NCBI GenBank assembly: GCA_965213705.1
Contig: OZ243913.1
Location: 2,208,001-2,272,000, forward strand
From: Trueperaceae bacterium
Lineage (GTDB): Bacteria > Deinococcota > Deinococci > Deinococcales > Trueperaceae
DNA: 64,000 nucleotides
Direction: 5' to 3'
A program made the position numbers and the translations under genes. A model generated the notes under the pieces. It saw only the letters and a list, made by a program, of their open reading frames with translations, did not search any database and was not told the DNA's origin. Positions 49,792 to 60,091 of this stretch are shown piece after piece; position 1 is the first letter of the stretch, and each line of letters opens with the position of its first letter.

Positions 49792-50883
49792 ATGAGCGAT
49801 TTGTCTTCTCGAACGCAAACTCCTTCCGCTGGAGTGGGGGCTCGAGCTTTGCGCGTTTTACAGCGAATCCTCGTGTCCGAATATTTCGTGCTGTTGCTGG
49901 CTCTTTTACTGTTCGCCGTCCTCGCGCCCTTCGTGCCGCGCTTCGCGTCGCTGCGCAACTTAGCAAACGTCGCCTCGAACGCCTGGCCGCTCCTGGCGAT
50001 TGCCGTGGGGCAAACGCTCGTCCTCATCATCGCGGGCATCGACTTGTCGCAGATTGCAGTCATTGCGGTCTCGAGCGTGTTGGGCGGCATGATTATGACC
50101 GGCGCGGCCAACCCGGTGCTGTTCGACAAAACGCCGCTCTGGGGCATCCTGTTCTCCGAGAGCGGCGGCTTGTTGGCGAACACGCCCTGGGCCGTGCCGG
50201 TCGGTTTGCTGATGATGTTCGCGGCGGGCGCAACTATCGGTCTCGTCAACGGGGTTGCCATCGCAAAAGCCAAGCTGCCCCCCTTTATGATGACGCTCAT
50301 CACGCTGCTGTTTTTCAGCTCGTTCGCGGTGTACCTGACGCGGGCCGAGAACATCTCGAACCTGCCGCCGACCTTTACGGTTTTGGGTGGCACTCGCGCG
50401 AGTCCGTGGCTGGGCTATCCGCTTCTCGTCTCGGGCGGGCTGGCGCTGCTCGTCCACCTGCTGCTCGGTCGCACCGTGTTCGGGCGCTGGCTTTACGCGG
50501 TCGGGCTCAACCGGGAGGCGGCGCGCATTTCGGGCGTGCCGGTAGGGCGGGTCATCATCACGACCTACGTGCTGAGCGCGCTCTGCGCCACGGTGGGCGG
50601 CGTGCTCTACTCGGCGCGGTTGGGGATGGGTCGCCCCGGCTTCGGCGAGGGTTTTGACCTGCTACTCGACGTCATCGGCGCGACCGTCATCGGCGGGACG
50701 AGTTTGTTCGGCGGGCAGGGCAAAGTTCTCTGGACGGTGTTCGGGGTGCTCTTGTTCGTACTGCTGACCAACGCGCTCAACCTCCTCAACTTGTCCTACT
50801 TTACGGTCAACATCGTCAAGGGGGCGTTTATCTTGCTGGCGGCGCTCCTCGACGTGACGCGGCGGCGGTTGACGACGTTATGA
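49792..50883 (+). CDS. Sugar ABC permease (RbsC-like)
   Basis: GIDLS, GRWLYAVG.N..AARISG, VIGGTSLFGG. Confidence 0.92.
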   Translation: MSDLSSRTQTPSAGVGARALRVLQRILVSEYFVLLLALLLFAVLAPFVPRFASLRNLANVASNAWPLLAIAVGQTLVLIIAGIDLSQIAVIAVSSVLGGMIMTGAANPVLFDKTPLWGILFSESGGLLANTPWAVPVGLLMMFAAGATIGLVNGVAIAKAKLPPFMMTLITLLFFSSFAVYLTRAENISNLPPTFTVLGGTRASPWLGYPLLVSGGLALLVHLLLGRTVFGRWLYAVGLNREAARISGVPVGRVIITTYVLSALCATVGGVLYSARLGMGRPGFGEGFDLLLDVIGATVIGGTSLFGGQGKVLWTVFGVLLFVLLTNALNLLNLSYFTVNIVKGAFILLAALLDVTRRRLTTL

Positions 50884-50886
50884 AAA

Positions 50887-50944
50887 AAGTACCGAGCCCC
50901 GAGTGGAAAGTACCGAGTAAAAGCAAAAACTTTTTCTCTCCTGC
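50887..50944 (+). repeat. 58-bp repeat (AAGTACCGAG family)
   Basis: aagtaccgagccccgagtggaaagtaccgagtaaaagcaaaaactttttctctcctgc. Confidence 0.9.
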
Positions 50945-50998
50945 TTCTCCGCTTCCCTGCACCTCTGCTCGCCTGCTCGAGAAAGCCGCGCCAACCCG

Positions 50999-52528
50999 AT
51001 GAGTGAGCATCACGACGCCCAACCCATCCTCAGCTTTGAACACGTCAGCAAGAGCTTTTTTGGGGTCAAGGCGGTTGACGACGTGAGCCTCACGCTTCTC
51101 AAGGGCCGTCTGCTCGGGCTCGTCGGCGAGAACGGCGCGGGCAAGTCCACGCTGATGAATATGCTGGGCGGTGTTTTGACGGCGGACGAGGGCGAGATAA
51201 GCGTGAACGGCGCGCCCTACGCGCCCAAAACGCCGCGCGACGCGGCTAAAGCGGGTATCGCCTTTATCCACCAAGAACTCAACTTGTTCACCAACCTCAC
51301 CCTCGCCGAAAACCTCTTTATCAACGCCTACCCGCGCCGCTTCGGGCTGCTCGACCGGCGCGGCATGGCGCGGCGTGCCAAAGAGGCGCTGGCTCGAGTC
51401 GGCTTAGACACGGGGTCGAGCACGCGCCTGGAGGACTTGTCCCCCGGCGAGCGGCAACTCGTCGAAATCGCCAAGGCTTTAATCGCCGAAGCGACCATCA
51501 TCATCTTCGACGAGCCCACCACCTCGCTCACCGAGCGCGAGACCGAGCGGCTGTTCGGGATTTTGCAGGAGCTTAAACGGGGCGGCACCTCGATGATTTA
51601 TATCTCGCACATCCTGGGCGACGTGCTGCGTTTGGCCGACGACGTGGCGGTGCTGCGCGACGGGCAACTTATCGAACAAAACACGCGCGACGCCTTCACC
51701 CCAGCCCGCATGATTTCGCTCATGGTCGGGCGGGACTTAAGCGCGCTTTACCCGCCGCGAACGCACAAATCTGGGGGTGAGAAAGCCACAGACGAGACGC
51801 TGCTCGAGGTGAACGGTCTGTCTCAACCCGGCATCGTCCACGACATCACTTTTAAGCTCCACCGGGGCGAGGTGCTGGGGTTGTACGGACTGATGGGCTC
51901 GGGCCGCAGTGAACTGGCGCGCGTCCTGTTCGGGCTGGATTCTTTTGATTCCGGCGAAGTGAAACTGAGGGGCGAGGCGCTGGCGAAAGTGGGGCCTCGA
52001 GCCTCCATCCGCAAGGGCCTCGCCTTTGTGACCGAAGACCGCCGCGCCGAAGGGTTGCTGATGCCCGCGTCCGTCGCCGACAACCTAAGCCTCGTTACGG
52101 TGGCGGAACACGCGGGGGCGCTGGGCCTGCTCGACGGTAAGAAGCTAAGACACAGCGCTGCAGATATAGGCGGCGCGCTGCACATCAAGACCCAGGGTGA
52201 GTACAAGCAGCCCGTCAAAACCCTTTCGGGCGGTAACCAGCAAAAAACCGTTTTGGGCAAGTGGGTCGCTTCGAAGCCGAGCGTGTTTATCCTGGACGAG
52301 CCGACCCGCGGTGTCGACGTGGGCGCAAAGTTCGAAGTTTACGCAATCGTCCAAGACCTCGCCGCAAAAGGTGCGGGCGTGCTCTTCATCTCGTCGGAAC
52401 TCGAAGAACTTATCGGCGTTTGCGACGCGATTCTCGTCATGCGCAACGGCGAAATCGTGCGGCGTTTCGAACTTAGCGACTTCGACCGCGAACACGTCCT
52501 TGCCGCCGCCTTTGGGGAGGCCGCATGA
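50999..52528 (+). CDS. Sugar ABC ATPase (RbsA-like, two NBDs)
   Basis: GENGAGKST, DEPT, LSGGNQQK, DEPTRGVDVGAK. Confidence 0.93.
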   Translation: MSEHHDAQPILSFEHVSKSFFGVKAVDDVSLTLLKGRLLGLVGENGAGKSTLMNMLGGVLTADEGEISVNGAPYAPKTPRDAAKAGIAFIHQELNLFTNLTLAENLFINAYPRRFGLLDRRGMARRAKEALARVGLDTGSSTRLEDLSPGERQLVEIAKALIAEATIIIFDEPTTSLTERETERLFGILQELKRGGTSMIYISHILGDVLRLADDVAVLRDGQLIEQNTRDAFTPARMISLMVGRDLSALYPPRTHKSGGEKATDETLLEVNGLSQPGIVHDITFKLHRGEVLGLYGLMGSGRSELARVLFGLDSFDSGEVKLRGEALAKVGPRASIRKGLAFVTEDRRAEGLLMPASVADNLSLVTVAEHAGALGLLDGKKLRHSAADIGGALHIKTQGEYKQPVKTLSGGNQQKTVLGKWVASKPSVFILDEPTRGVDVGAKFEVYAIVQDLAAKGAGVLFISSELEELIGVCDAILVMRNGEIVRRFELSDFDREHVLAAAFGEAA

Positions 52529-53547
52529 CGCCCGCGTCGTTTAGAGACCGGCTCGTGGTGTGGCTGTTGCGCTACAGCTCGGTCCTGCTGTTCGTTGCCA
52601 TTTTCGTCATTTTCGGGCTGCTGTCGCCACGGTTTTTACAAGTTTCGACCTTCGCGCTCATCGCCAAACAAGCTTCGTACATCGGCATCCTGGCCGTCGG
52701 TATGACGTTCGTGCTGCTTACGGCGGGCATTGACCTGTCGGTGGGCAGCATCATGTACCTCTCGGCGGTCGTCGCCGGGCTGGTGCTGCAAAACGGCGAA
52801 ACGCCGCTCGTGCTGGGTCTGCTGGCTTGTCTGGGTGTCGGCGCGACGTTCGGTCTCGTGAACGCGTTTTTTATCACGCGGCTCCGCATCATCCCCTTCG
52901 TCGTTACCCTGAGTACCCTCATCGCCGGGCGCGGGCTGGGCCTCGCTATCACCCGGTCGAAAGCGCTGGTACTGCCCAACAGCTTGTTCGACTTTTCCTC
53001 ACAGCGCTTTTTGGGAATTTCGGCCCCGGTATTCGTGTTCGTCGCCGTGGTCGCCGCCGCTTTCATAGTGTTGCGAATGACGCCGCTGGGCCGCTACGTT
53101 TACGCCTTCGGCAACGACGCGGAGGCCGCGCAAAAGGCGGGCATCGACACGGGGCGCACGCTCACGGCCGTGTACGTCATCAGCGGGCTGTGCGCGTCGC
53201 TGGCGGCGTTCGTCGCTATTTCACAGCTCGGCATCGTCAACCCGGCCTTCGGGGAGGGCGACGAACTCGACGCCATCGCGGCGGCGGTGTTGGGCGGCGC
53301 GAGTTTGTTCGGCGGGGTGGGCAGCGTGTTTCCGGGCACGGTGCTCGGCACGCTCCTCATCCAGATGGTGCAGTCGGGACTCGTGTTCGCCCGCGTCGAC
53401 GTGTTCGTGCAGCCGCTGGTGCAGGCGCTCGTCTTGCTCGTGGCGGTGCTCGTCGACAGCGCCCGCAACGGTTACTTGACCAAGCTGAAACGCCGCAACA
53501 TCCGCAAAGAAGCGGCTGGAGACGTGACGCCGGCGGAGGCCTCGTGA
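52525..53547 (+). CDS. Sugar ABC permease (RbsC-like)
   Basis: GIDLSVGS, ELDAIAAAVLGGASL. Confidence 0.92.
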   Translation: MTPASFRDRLVVWLLRYSSVLLFVAIFVIFGLLSPRFLQVSTFALIAKQASYIGILAVGMTFVLLTAGIDLSVGSIMYLSAVVAGLVLQNGETPLVLGLLACLGVGATFGLVNAFFITRLRIIPFVVTLSTLIAGRGLGLAITRSKALVLPNSLFDFSSQRFLGISAPVFVFVAVVAAAFIVLRMTPLGRYVYAFGNDAEAAQKAGIDTGRTLTAVYVISGLCASLAAFVAISQLGIVNPAFGEGDELDAIAAAVLGGASLFGGVGSVFPGTVLGTLLIQMVQSGLVFARVDVFVQPLVQALVLLVAVLVDSARNGYLTKLKRRNIRKEAAGDVTPAEAS

Positions 53548-53644
53548 TGCTCGAGCCGTTGAAAGCTGGAACGAAGGCCGCTTTTACCGAAAAGTTGCCG
53601 TGCTCGGTCCTCCTTTTGGAAAGAGTTAAGGGAGGTTCGCTTCC

Positions 53645-55480
53645 GTGACGGCCCCTAAAACGCCCTCGGAACACCCCTATTTCCTCCGCGCGGGTCCTTT
53701 GCGCGCCGTCTTCGAACCCACGACCGGGTTCTTGCGCTACTTGAGCGTCGGCGTAACCGAAGTATTGCGCGGCATCTACGCCGCGGTGCGCGACGAAAAC
53801 TGGGACACCGTGCCGGGCAAGCTCGAGGACGTGAGGCTCGAGCAACTCGACGACAGCTTTGACCTCCGTTTCGTAAGCGTTCATCAACAAGGTGGGGTTC
53901 ACTTCGTCTGGCAGGGCCGTGTCACGGGTTCGGCGAGCGGCGACGTCACTTTCAGCTTCGACGGCGAAGCTCGCTCGACGTTTCAACGCAACCGCATCGG
54001 CTTTTGCGTGCTTCACCCGGTAAGCTGCGCGGGCGTGCCTTGCCTTTTGGAACACGTGGGCGGAGGGGTCGAGGAAGACGCTTTTCCCAAACTTATCGCC
54101 CCCCACCAACCGTTTGAAAACCTCCGCGCCATCACGCACGAGACTCTACCGGGACTCCGCGCGACGGTGACAATGACCGGCGACACCTTTGAGACCGAAG
54201 ACCAGCGCAACTGGACCGACGCCTCGTTCAAGACCTACTGCACGCCGCTGAGCGAGCCCTTGCCCGTCACCGTGCCCGCCGGGACGCGCGTGCGGCAAAC
54301 GGTGACGTTAAGGTTTCAAGGCGACTTTCCCCCGGCCTCCGAAACACCGCCCCTCACGGTCACACTGACAGAAAACACTTTCGAGTTCCCGAAACTGGGT
54401 CTGGGCTCGAGCCAAACACCCCTAAGTGAAAAAGCGCTGGAACGCCTCAAGTTTCTCAAACTCGACCACCTGCGCCTCGACCTGGACTTAGGAACGGACT
54501 ACGAGAAGCGGCTCGAGCAAGTTACAAACGAGGCGCAGGCTTTGGGTGTGGGGCTCGAGCTTGCTCTTCACCTGAGTGACGAAGCAGAAGAGTTGGTGGG
54601 GGTGCTCGAGCCCTTGAAGCGGCTCCAGCCTCCCGTCGCTCGCTTTTTCGTGTTTCACAAAAAGGAAAAAAGTACCTCGGAGCGCGTGCTGAAGCTCGCC
54701 CGCAAAACCCTCTCCGCCTACGACCCGAACATTCCTCTCGGTGGCGGCACCGACGCCTTTTTCACCGAACTTAACCGCGAACGGCCGCCCACTGACTTTC
54801 TGGACGCCGTCGTTTATTCCCTCAACCCGCAAGTTCACGCTTTCGACAACGCCTCGCTGACCGAGACGCTGCCCGTTCAGGCGGAGACGGTGCGAAGTGC
54901 TGCGGCGTTCAGCGACCAAAAACCCGTCTGCGTGGGTCCTGTGACCCTGGCGATGCGCTGGAACCCGAACGCGACCACCGAAGGCAAGCCCAATCCCGGC
55001 GACCCACGACAGAAAACCCTGTACGGGGCCGCCTGGGCGCTCGGCAGCTTGAAGTACCTCATGACGAGCCCTGCGGCGAGCCTCACCTACTTTGAAACCT
55101 TTGGTGAGGCAGGCGTGACGGATGAGGACGGCGTTTATCCGCTCTACCACGTTTTTGCGGACATCGCCGAGTTCAAGGATGGCGCGGTGCGGGGAAGCGT
55201 CTCGAGCCGTCCCCTACAGGTCGAAAGCCTCACCTTGCAAAGTGGAAACCGACTTCGTCTGTTGCTGGCGAACATGACGGCTGAGTCCCAAACCGTAACG
55301 GTCGAGGGCTTGACAGGTGAATTTACGGTGCGCAGGCTGAACGAGGACAACGTGGAAGCGGCGAGGCTCGAGCCCGAACGCTACCATGAGGCTCCTCTTG
55401 AAACTTTGCGCGCCGAGGACGGTTCGCTGACGCTCACCTTGACGCCTCACGAAATAGTCCGGCTGGACGGCGAAACATGA
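53645..55480 (+). CDS. apnL: D-apionate lactonase-like protein
   Basis: LRAGPL...EVLRGIYAAVRDENW, FETEDQRNWTDASFKTY, FTELNR, PQVHAFD; cluster context. Confidence 0.75.
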   Translation: MTAPKTPSEHPYFLRAGPLRAVFEPTTGFLRYLSVGVTEVLRGIYAAVRDENWDTVPGKLEDVRLEQLDDSFDLRFVSVHQQGGVHFVWQGRVTGSASGDVTFSFDGEARSTFQRNRIGFCVLHPVSCAGVPCLLEHVGGGVEEDAFPKLIAPHQPFENLRAITHETLPGLRATVTMTGDTFETEDQRNWTDASFKTYCTPLSEPLPVTVPAGTRVRQTVTLRFQGDFPPASETPPLTVTLTENTFEFPKLGLGSSQTPLSEKALERLKFLKLDHLRLDLDLGTDYEKRLEQVTNEAQALGVGLELALHLSDEAEELVGVLEPLKRLQPPVARFFVFHKKEKSTSERVLKLARKTLSAYDPNIPLGGGTDAFFTELNRERPPTDFLDAVVYSLNPQVHAFDNASLTETLPVQAETVRSAAAFSDQKPVCVGPVTLAMRWNPNATTEGKPNPGDPRQKTLYGAAWALGSLKYLMTSPAASLTYFETFGEAGVTDEDGVYPLYHVFADIAEFKDGAVRGSVSSRPLQVESLTLQSGNRLRLLLANMTAESQTVTVEGLTGEFTVRRLNEDNVEAARLEPERYHEAPLETLRAEDGSLTLTLTPHEIVRLDGET

Positions 55481-56481
55481 ACGGCGCGCTGGTTGGCTGC
55501 GGCTTTTTCGCGCGGCATCATCTTCACGCCTGGCAGGTGTTGGAGGACGCCGACATCGTCGCGGTATGTGACCTCAACGGAGCGCGGGCCGAGGCCTATG
55601 CCCGTGAGTTCGGCATCCCCAGGTTTTACAGCGATGTGGAGGCGATGTTGGGGCACGAATCTTTAGATTTCGTCGACATCGCCACGCAGGCAAACACGCA
55701 CCGGACGCTTGTTGAAACGGTCGCGGCGCGCGGCCTGAACGTCATCTGCCAAAAACCCCTCGCGCCGAGTTTGGCGGAGGCTCGAGAAACCGTCGCCTCG
55801 GCTCGCAACGTCACCTTTATGGTTCACGAAAACTTCCGCTGGCAGCGGCCCATGCTCGAGCTTAAAAAGGCGAGCGCCGAAATAGGCGCCCTCTTTTACG
55901 GGCGCATAAGCTTTCGCAGCGCTTACGATGTGTACAAAAACCAGCCCTACCTGGCGACCGACGAACGCTTTATCCTCTATGACCTGGGCGTACACCTGTT
56001 CGACCTCGCCCGCTTTTTTTTCGGCGAGGCCGACTCCTTGCTCTGCCACACGAGCCGCGTCAACCCGAACATCCGGGGCGAGGATGTCGCCACGGCACTT
56101 TTGGAGATGCAGAGCGGCGCGCACGTCGTCGTCGAAATGAGCTACGCGTCACGGCTCGAGCGCGAACACTTCCCGCAAACGTTGGTCACGCTCGAGGGCG
56201 ACAAAGGCTCGGCGGTGCTCGGTGCGGACTACCACATCACCGTGACGACGCCCGGCGGGACGCGCTACTTGGACGCTTCGCCGCGTCCTCTGTGGACACC
56301 CGCGCCCGCCAACGCCATCCCCGAGAGCGTGCTCAACATCCAGCGGCACTGGCTCGGATGTCTCGAAGCGGGCAAAACCCCCGACACCTCGGGGGAGGAC
56401 AATTTGAAGACGCTCGAGCTTACCTTCGGTGCTTACGAGTCGGCGGACGAGGGCAAGACAGTCACTTTGGGGGAAGCGTGA
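55477..56481 (+). CDS. Gfo/Idh/MocA oxidoreductase, D-apiose dehydrogenase-like
   Basis: GCGFFA..HL.AW, CQKP, VHENFRWQ, QPYL; cluster context. Confidence 0.78.
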   Translation: MNGALVGCGFFARHHLHAWQVLEDADIVAVCDLNGARAEAYAREFGIPRFYSDVEAMLGHESLDFVDIATQANTHRTLVETVAARGLNVICQKPLAPSLAEARETVASARNVTFMVHENFRWQRPMLELKKASAEIGALFYGRISFRSAYDVYKNQPYLATDERFILYDLGVHLFDLARFFFGEADSLLCHTSRVNPNIRGEDVATALLEMQSGAHVVVEMSYASRLEREHFPQTLVTLEGDKGSAVLGADYHITVTTPGGTRYLDASPRPLWTPAPANAIPESVLNIQRHWLGCLEAGKTPDTSGEDNLKTLELTFGAYESADEGKTVTLGEA

Positions 56482-57737
56482 GCGAGCGCGTCCGGGCTAC
56501 TTACCTCGTCGAGACGGCGCACCCGCTCCACAAAGCTGCGGAGATGATGGCGGGCGAGCAGTCTACCGGCACCTTTGTCAAAGTGCCGGGCGAAACGCCG
56601 GAGCTTCACGCGCGTTACGGTGCGCGTGTCGAGCGCGTCACGGAGTTAGAAGAGGTCGACACGCCCTCGCTGCCGGGCGCGCGGCCACCCAAAGCTTTCA
56701 AAGGCTACAAGCGCGCTGAGATTGTGTTGTCGTTCCCGCCCGAGACCGTCGGCACCTCGCTGACCGGGCTGTGGACGGCGGTCGCGGGCAACCTGTTCGA
56801 GTTGAGCCCTTTCTCCGGCCTGAGACTCAGCGGCTTGAGCTTGCCGGACGAGTTTTTGAAGGCGCAGCCGGGGCCGCAGTTTGGTGTCGCCGGGACGCGG
56901 CGGCTTTTGGGTGTGGAAGAGCGCCCGCTCATCGGCACCATCATCAAACCGAGCGTCGGCCTCTCTCCCACAGAAACAGCCGCGCTCGTCGCGGAACTGT
57001 GCAAAGCCGGGCTGGACTTTATCAAAGACGACGAACTGCAAAGCGATTCGCCGCACTCGCCCTTCGAGGCGCGCGTCGCGGCAGTGATGCGCGAGGTCAA
57101 TAAGCACGCCGAGAAGACCGGCAAGCGCGTGATGGTTGCCTTTAATCTGACGGGTGACCTCGACACGATGCTGCGCCGCCACGACTTCGTGCGGGCGCAG
57201 GGGGGCACTTGCGTGATGCTCAACCTTCTCGCCGTGGGTCTCGCCGGGGTGCAAAGTTTGCGCAAGCACGCTGCGCTACCCGTCCACGGCCACCGGGCGG
57301 GTTGGGGGATGCTGTCGCGCCACCCGCTTTTGGGGCTGGACTACGGTGCGGCGGCGACGTTTTTTCGCCTCGCGGGGGCCGACCATTTACACGTCAACGG
57401 GCTCCGCAACAAGTTCTGTGAGGCCGACGCCTCGGTCGTCGCTTCGGCTAAGGGCTGCCTCACGCCGCTGAGCGTTTCTCATCCGGCTGTAGTGATGCCC
57501 GTATTTTCCTCCGGGCAGTGGGCGGGGCAAGTTCCCGACACGTATCAGGCCCTGGGCAGCAGCGACTTTATCTACCTGGCGGGCGGCGGCATCATGGCGC
57601 ATCCCGGCGGGCCGGGTGAAGGTGTAAAGAGTCTTCAGCAAGCCTGGGGTGCGGCCTTGCAGGGCGTCCCCCTCGAGACCCACGCCCAAAACCACCCGGC
57701 CCTAAAGCAAGCCATCGAAACCTTTGGTGCGTCGTGA
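56478..57737 (+). CDS. RuBisCO-like protein (form IV), 3-oxo-isoapionate-4-phosphate transcarboxylase/decarboxylase-like
   Basis: AGEQSTGTF, GTIIKPSVGL, GLDFIKDDE, PVFSSGQ, GGGIMAHP; no small subunit; adjacent to OiaK-like kinase. Confidence 0.88.
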   Translation: MSERVRATYLVETAHPLHKAAEMMAGEQSTGTFVKVPGETPELHARYGARVERVTELEEVDTPSLPGARPPKAFKGYKRAEIVLSFPPETVGTSLTGLWTAVAGNLFELSPFSGLRLSGLSLPDEFLKAQPGPQFGVAGTRRLLGVEERPLIGTIIKPSVGLSPTETAALVAELCKAGLDFIKDDELQSDSPHSPFEARVAAVMREVNKHAEKTGKRVMVAFNLTGDLDTMLRRHDFVRAQGGTCVMLNLLAVGLAGVQSLRKHAALPVHGHRAGWGMLSRHPLLGLDYGAAATFFRLAGADHLHVNGLRNKFCEADASVVASAKGCLTPLSVSHPAVVMPVFSSGQWAGQVPDTYQALGSSDFIYLAGGGIMAHPGGPGEGVKSLQQAWGAALQGVPLETHAQNHPALKQAIETFGAS

Positions 57738-59062
57738 GCTATTTACTCGCTTACTACGGCGACGACTTCACCGGCTCGACCGACGTGCTGGAAGTGCTCA
57801 GCTTGGCCGGCGTGCCGACCGTGTTGTTCTTGGCCCCGCCCACCGACGAGCAACTTGCCGCCTTTCCCGATATGCAAGCCGTCGGCATCGCGGGCATCAG
57901 CCGCAGCCTGACGCCGGAAGAGATGGACACCGAACTGCCGCCCATCTTTCGAGCCTTGAAAAAGCTCGAGGCGACCTACACCCACTACAAAGTCTGCTCG
58001 ACCTTCGACTCGTCGCCGCGGATAGGGAGCATCGGCAAAGCGCTTGAGCTGCTGCGCGAAGCGTTCCCGCAAAGGGCGGTGCCACTCGTGGTCGGCGCGC
58101 CTGTCCTGAAACGCTACGTGGCTTTCGGCAACCTGTTCGCCAGCGTAGAAGCAGAAACTTACCGCCTCGACCGCCACCCGACCATGAGCAAACACCCCGC
58201 CACGCCGATGGCCGAGGCCGATGTGCGGCGGCATTTGTCCGAGCAGACCCGTCTGAGCACCGGGCTGGTGGACGTGCTGACGCTCGAGCGCGGTCTTGAG
58301 GCCACCCTGATGCGCGTCGCCACCCTCAGCGACGAAGGACATCCGGTCGCGCTGTTCGACACGGTCAACGAGGCGCACCTCCTCACCCTCGGTGAAACGC
58401 TTGAAAAGCTTGCTGAACGGGGCAACCGCTTCGTGGTCGGCTCGTCGGGCGTCGAGTACGCCCTGACAACTTACCTTCGGCACGCGGGGCGGCTTGGGGC
58501 ACCGCCTGACCTCCCCACGCCGGGCCGCGCCGAGCGCATCATCGTGATGTCCGGCAGCGCCGCGCCCGCAACCGCCGCGCAGTTAACAGAGGCCGAGCGG
58601 CGGGGCTTCAAACTCATCCGCATCGATGTACCCCGTTTGTTAGGTGGCGAAGCCGCAGCGGAACACGCGCGGCTCAAGAGGGAGGCTTGTGCGGCTTTAC
58701 GTGAGGGCCGCAACGTCGTTCTTTACTCGGCGCGCGGCCCCGACGACCCGGCTCTGGCGGCATTTGGTAATCGAGTTGCCGCGGGACAAAAGCTCGGTAG
58801 CGCGCAAGGTATTTTGCTGCGCGACCTGGTCGGAGCGTCCGGCGTCCGCCGCGTCTGCGTGGCGGGGGGCGACACTTGCGGCTACGCAGCGCGGCAACTT
58901 TCGCTCTACGCACTGAAGTTTATGGTTCCTCTCGCGCCGGGCTCACCGCTGTGCCGGGCGCGCTCGAGCGACGCCCTTTTCGACGGCTTAGAACTCTCGC
59001 TCAAGGCGGGCCAAGTCGGCCGTCCGGATTATTTTATTTCTGTCCTCGAAGGACACGTTTAG
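57734..59062 (+). CDS. Four-carbon acid sugar kinase family (3-oxo-isoapionate kinase-like)
   Basis: YYGDDFTGSTD, YKVCSTFDSSP..GSIG, RHPTM..HP.TPM, GGDT. Confidence 0.85.
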   Translation: MSYLLAYYGDDFTGSTDVLEVLSLAGVPTVLFLAPPTDEQLAAFPDMQAVGIAGISRSLTPEEMDTELPPIFRALKKLEATYTHYKVCSTFDSSPRIGSIGKALELLREAFPQRAVPLVVGAPVLKRYVAFGNLFASVEAETYRLDRHPTMSKHPATPMAEADVRRHLSEQTRLSTGLVDVLTLERGLEATLMRVATLSDEGHPVALFDTVNEAHLLTLGETLEKLAERGNRFVVGSSGVEYALTTYLRHAGRLGAPPDLPTPGRAERIIVMSGSAAPATAAQLTEAERRGFKLIRIDVPRLLGGEAAAEHARLKREACAALREGRNVVLYSARGPDDPALAAFGNRVAAGQKLGSAQGILLRDLVGASGVRRVCVAGGDTCGYAARQLSLYALKFMVPLAPGSPLCRARSSDALFDGLELSLKAGQVGRPDYFISVLEGHV

Positions 59063-59071
59063 GAGGCGAAC

Positions 59072-59938
59072 ATGGCAGCTTCGACAACAAACCCGGCGAC
59101 AACCACGGTGGCCCTCATGGGCGCGGGCGGCAAGATGGGCCGACGCATCACCGACAACGTCAAAGATTTACCCGACTATGACATGCGCTATTTAGAAGTG
59201 AGTCCCGAGGGCCGGGCGGGACTGCGGGGACTCGGCCTCACCCCGAGCGATCAAGACGAGGTGTTAAGTCAAGCCGACGCCGTCATCCTCGCGCTGCCCG
59301 ACCGCTTTATCGGGCGCATCACCCAGGAGGTCGTCCCAAAGCTCAAAGGGGGCGCGATGGTCGTGAGTCTCGACCCGGCGGCGGCCCACGCGGGCGTCAT
59401 ACCGGTTCGGGACGACCTCGTCTACTTCGTCACCCATCCCTGCCACCCGCCGCTCTTTCACGACGAGACGAGCGAAGCGGCGCGCACGGACTGGTTCGGC
59501 GGCGTATACGCCAAACAGCACATCGTCTGCGCGCTCCACCACGGCCCCGAGGAGGCTTACGCTGTGGGTGAGGCGCTGGCGCGTGACATCTACGCGCCGG
59601 TCATGAACAGCTACCGCGTCACGGTCGAGCAGATGGCGATTCTCGAGCCCGCCCTCGCCGAAACCTTCGCCGCCACGCTCGTCACCGCCATGAAAGAGGC
59701 GCTCGACGAGGCGGTGAAGATGGGCGTCCCTGAGGAGGCGGCGCGCGAGTTTTTGTTCGGCCACATCCGCATCGAACTCGCCATCGTCTTCGGCTTGGCT
59801 GGGTTCCCCTTTTCCGACGGCGCGAAGCTCGCTATCGCACAAGCCTATGACAAGATTTTCAAGCCCGACTGGAAAGAGAACATCATGAGCTTGCGCGCTC
59901 TACAGCAAAGCGTGGAACAAATCACGCATCAGGAGTAA
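59072..59938 (+). CDS. apnO: D-apionate oxidoisomerase-like (6PGD C-terminal-like domain)
   Basis: GAGGKMG, LDPAA, HPCHPPLF, QMAILEP, FSDGA. Confidence 0.78.
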   Translation: MAASTTNPATTTVALMGAGGKMGRRITDNVKDLPDYDMRYLEVSPEGRAGLRGLGLTPSDQDEVLSQADAVILALPDRFIGRITQEVVPKLKGGAMVVSLDPAAAHAGVIPVRDDLVYFVTHPCHPPLFHDETSEAARTDWFGGVYAKQHIVCALHHGPEEAYAVGEALARDIYAPVMNSYRVTVEQMAILEPALAETFAATLVTAMKEALDEAVKMGVPEEAAREFLFGHIRIELAIVFGLAGFPFSDGAKLAIAQAYDKIFKPDWKENIMSLRALQQSVEQITHQE

Positions 59939-60091
59939 GCAGTAAGGCTACACTGCTCTAAGGGCCATGCCTGTTCAACTTCCTTGGTGAAAGGAACTGA
60001 ATCCTTTGTGCAACTGGTTAAATGATGGCGACTGTTTGCTAACCATATGGTCCATGCCATCTTCTCGTTGCAGTTTTTGCGTGGAGAGTCA

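Noticed and set aside
8550..50944. AAGTACCGAG and heptamer repeats as CRISPR repeats
   Set aside because: No regular repeat-spacer array and no cas genes; copies are dispersed or 7-nt tandem
56478..57737. RuBisCO as evidence of carbon fixation
   Set aside because: No small subunit or phosphoribulokinase; sequence and context fit a form IV RLP in sugar-acid catabolism
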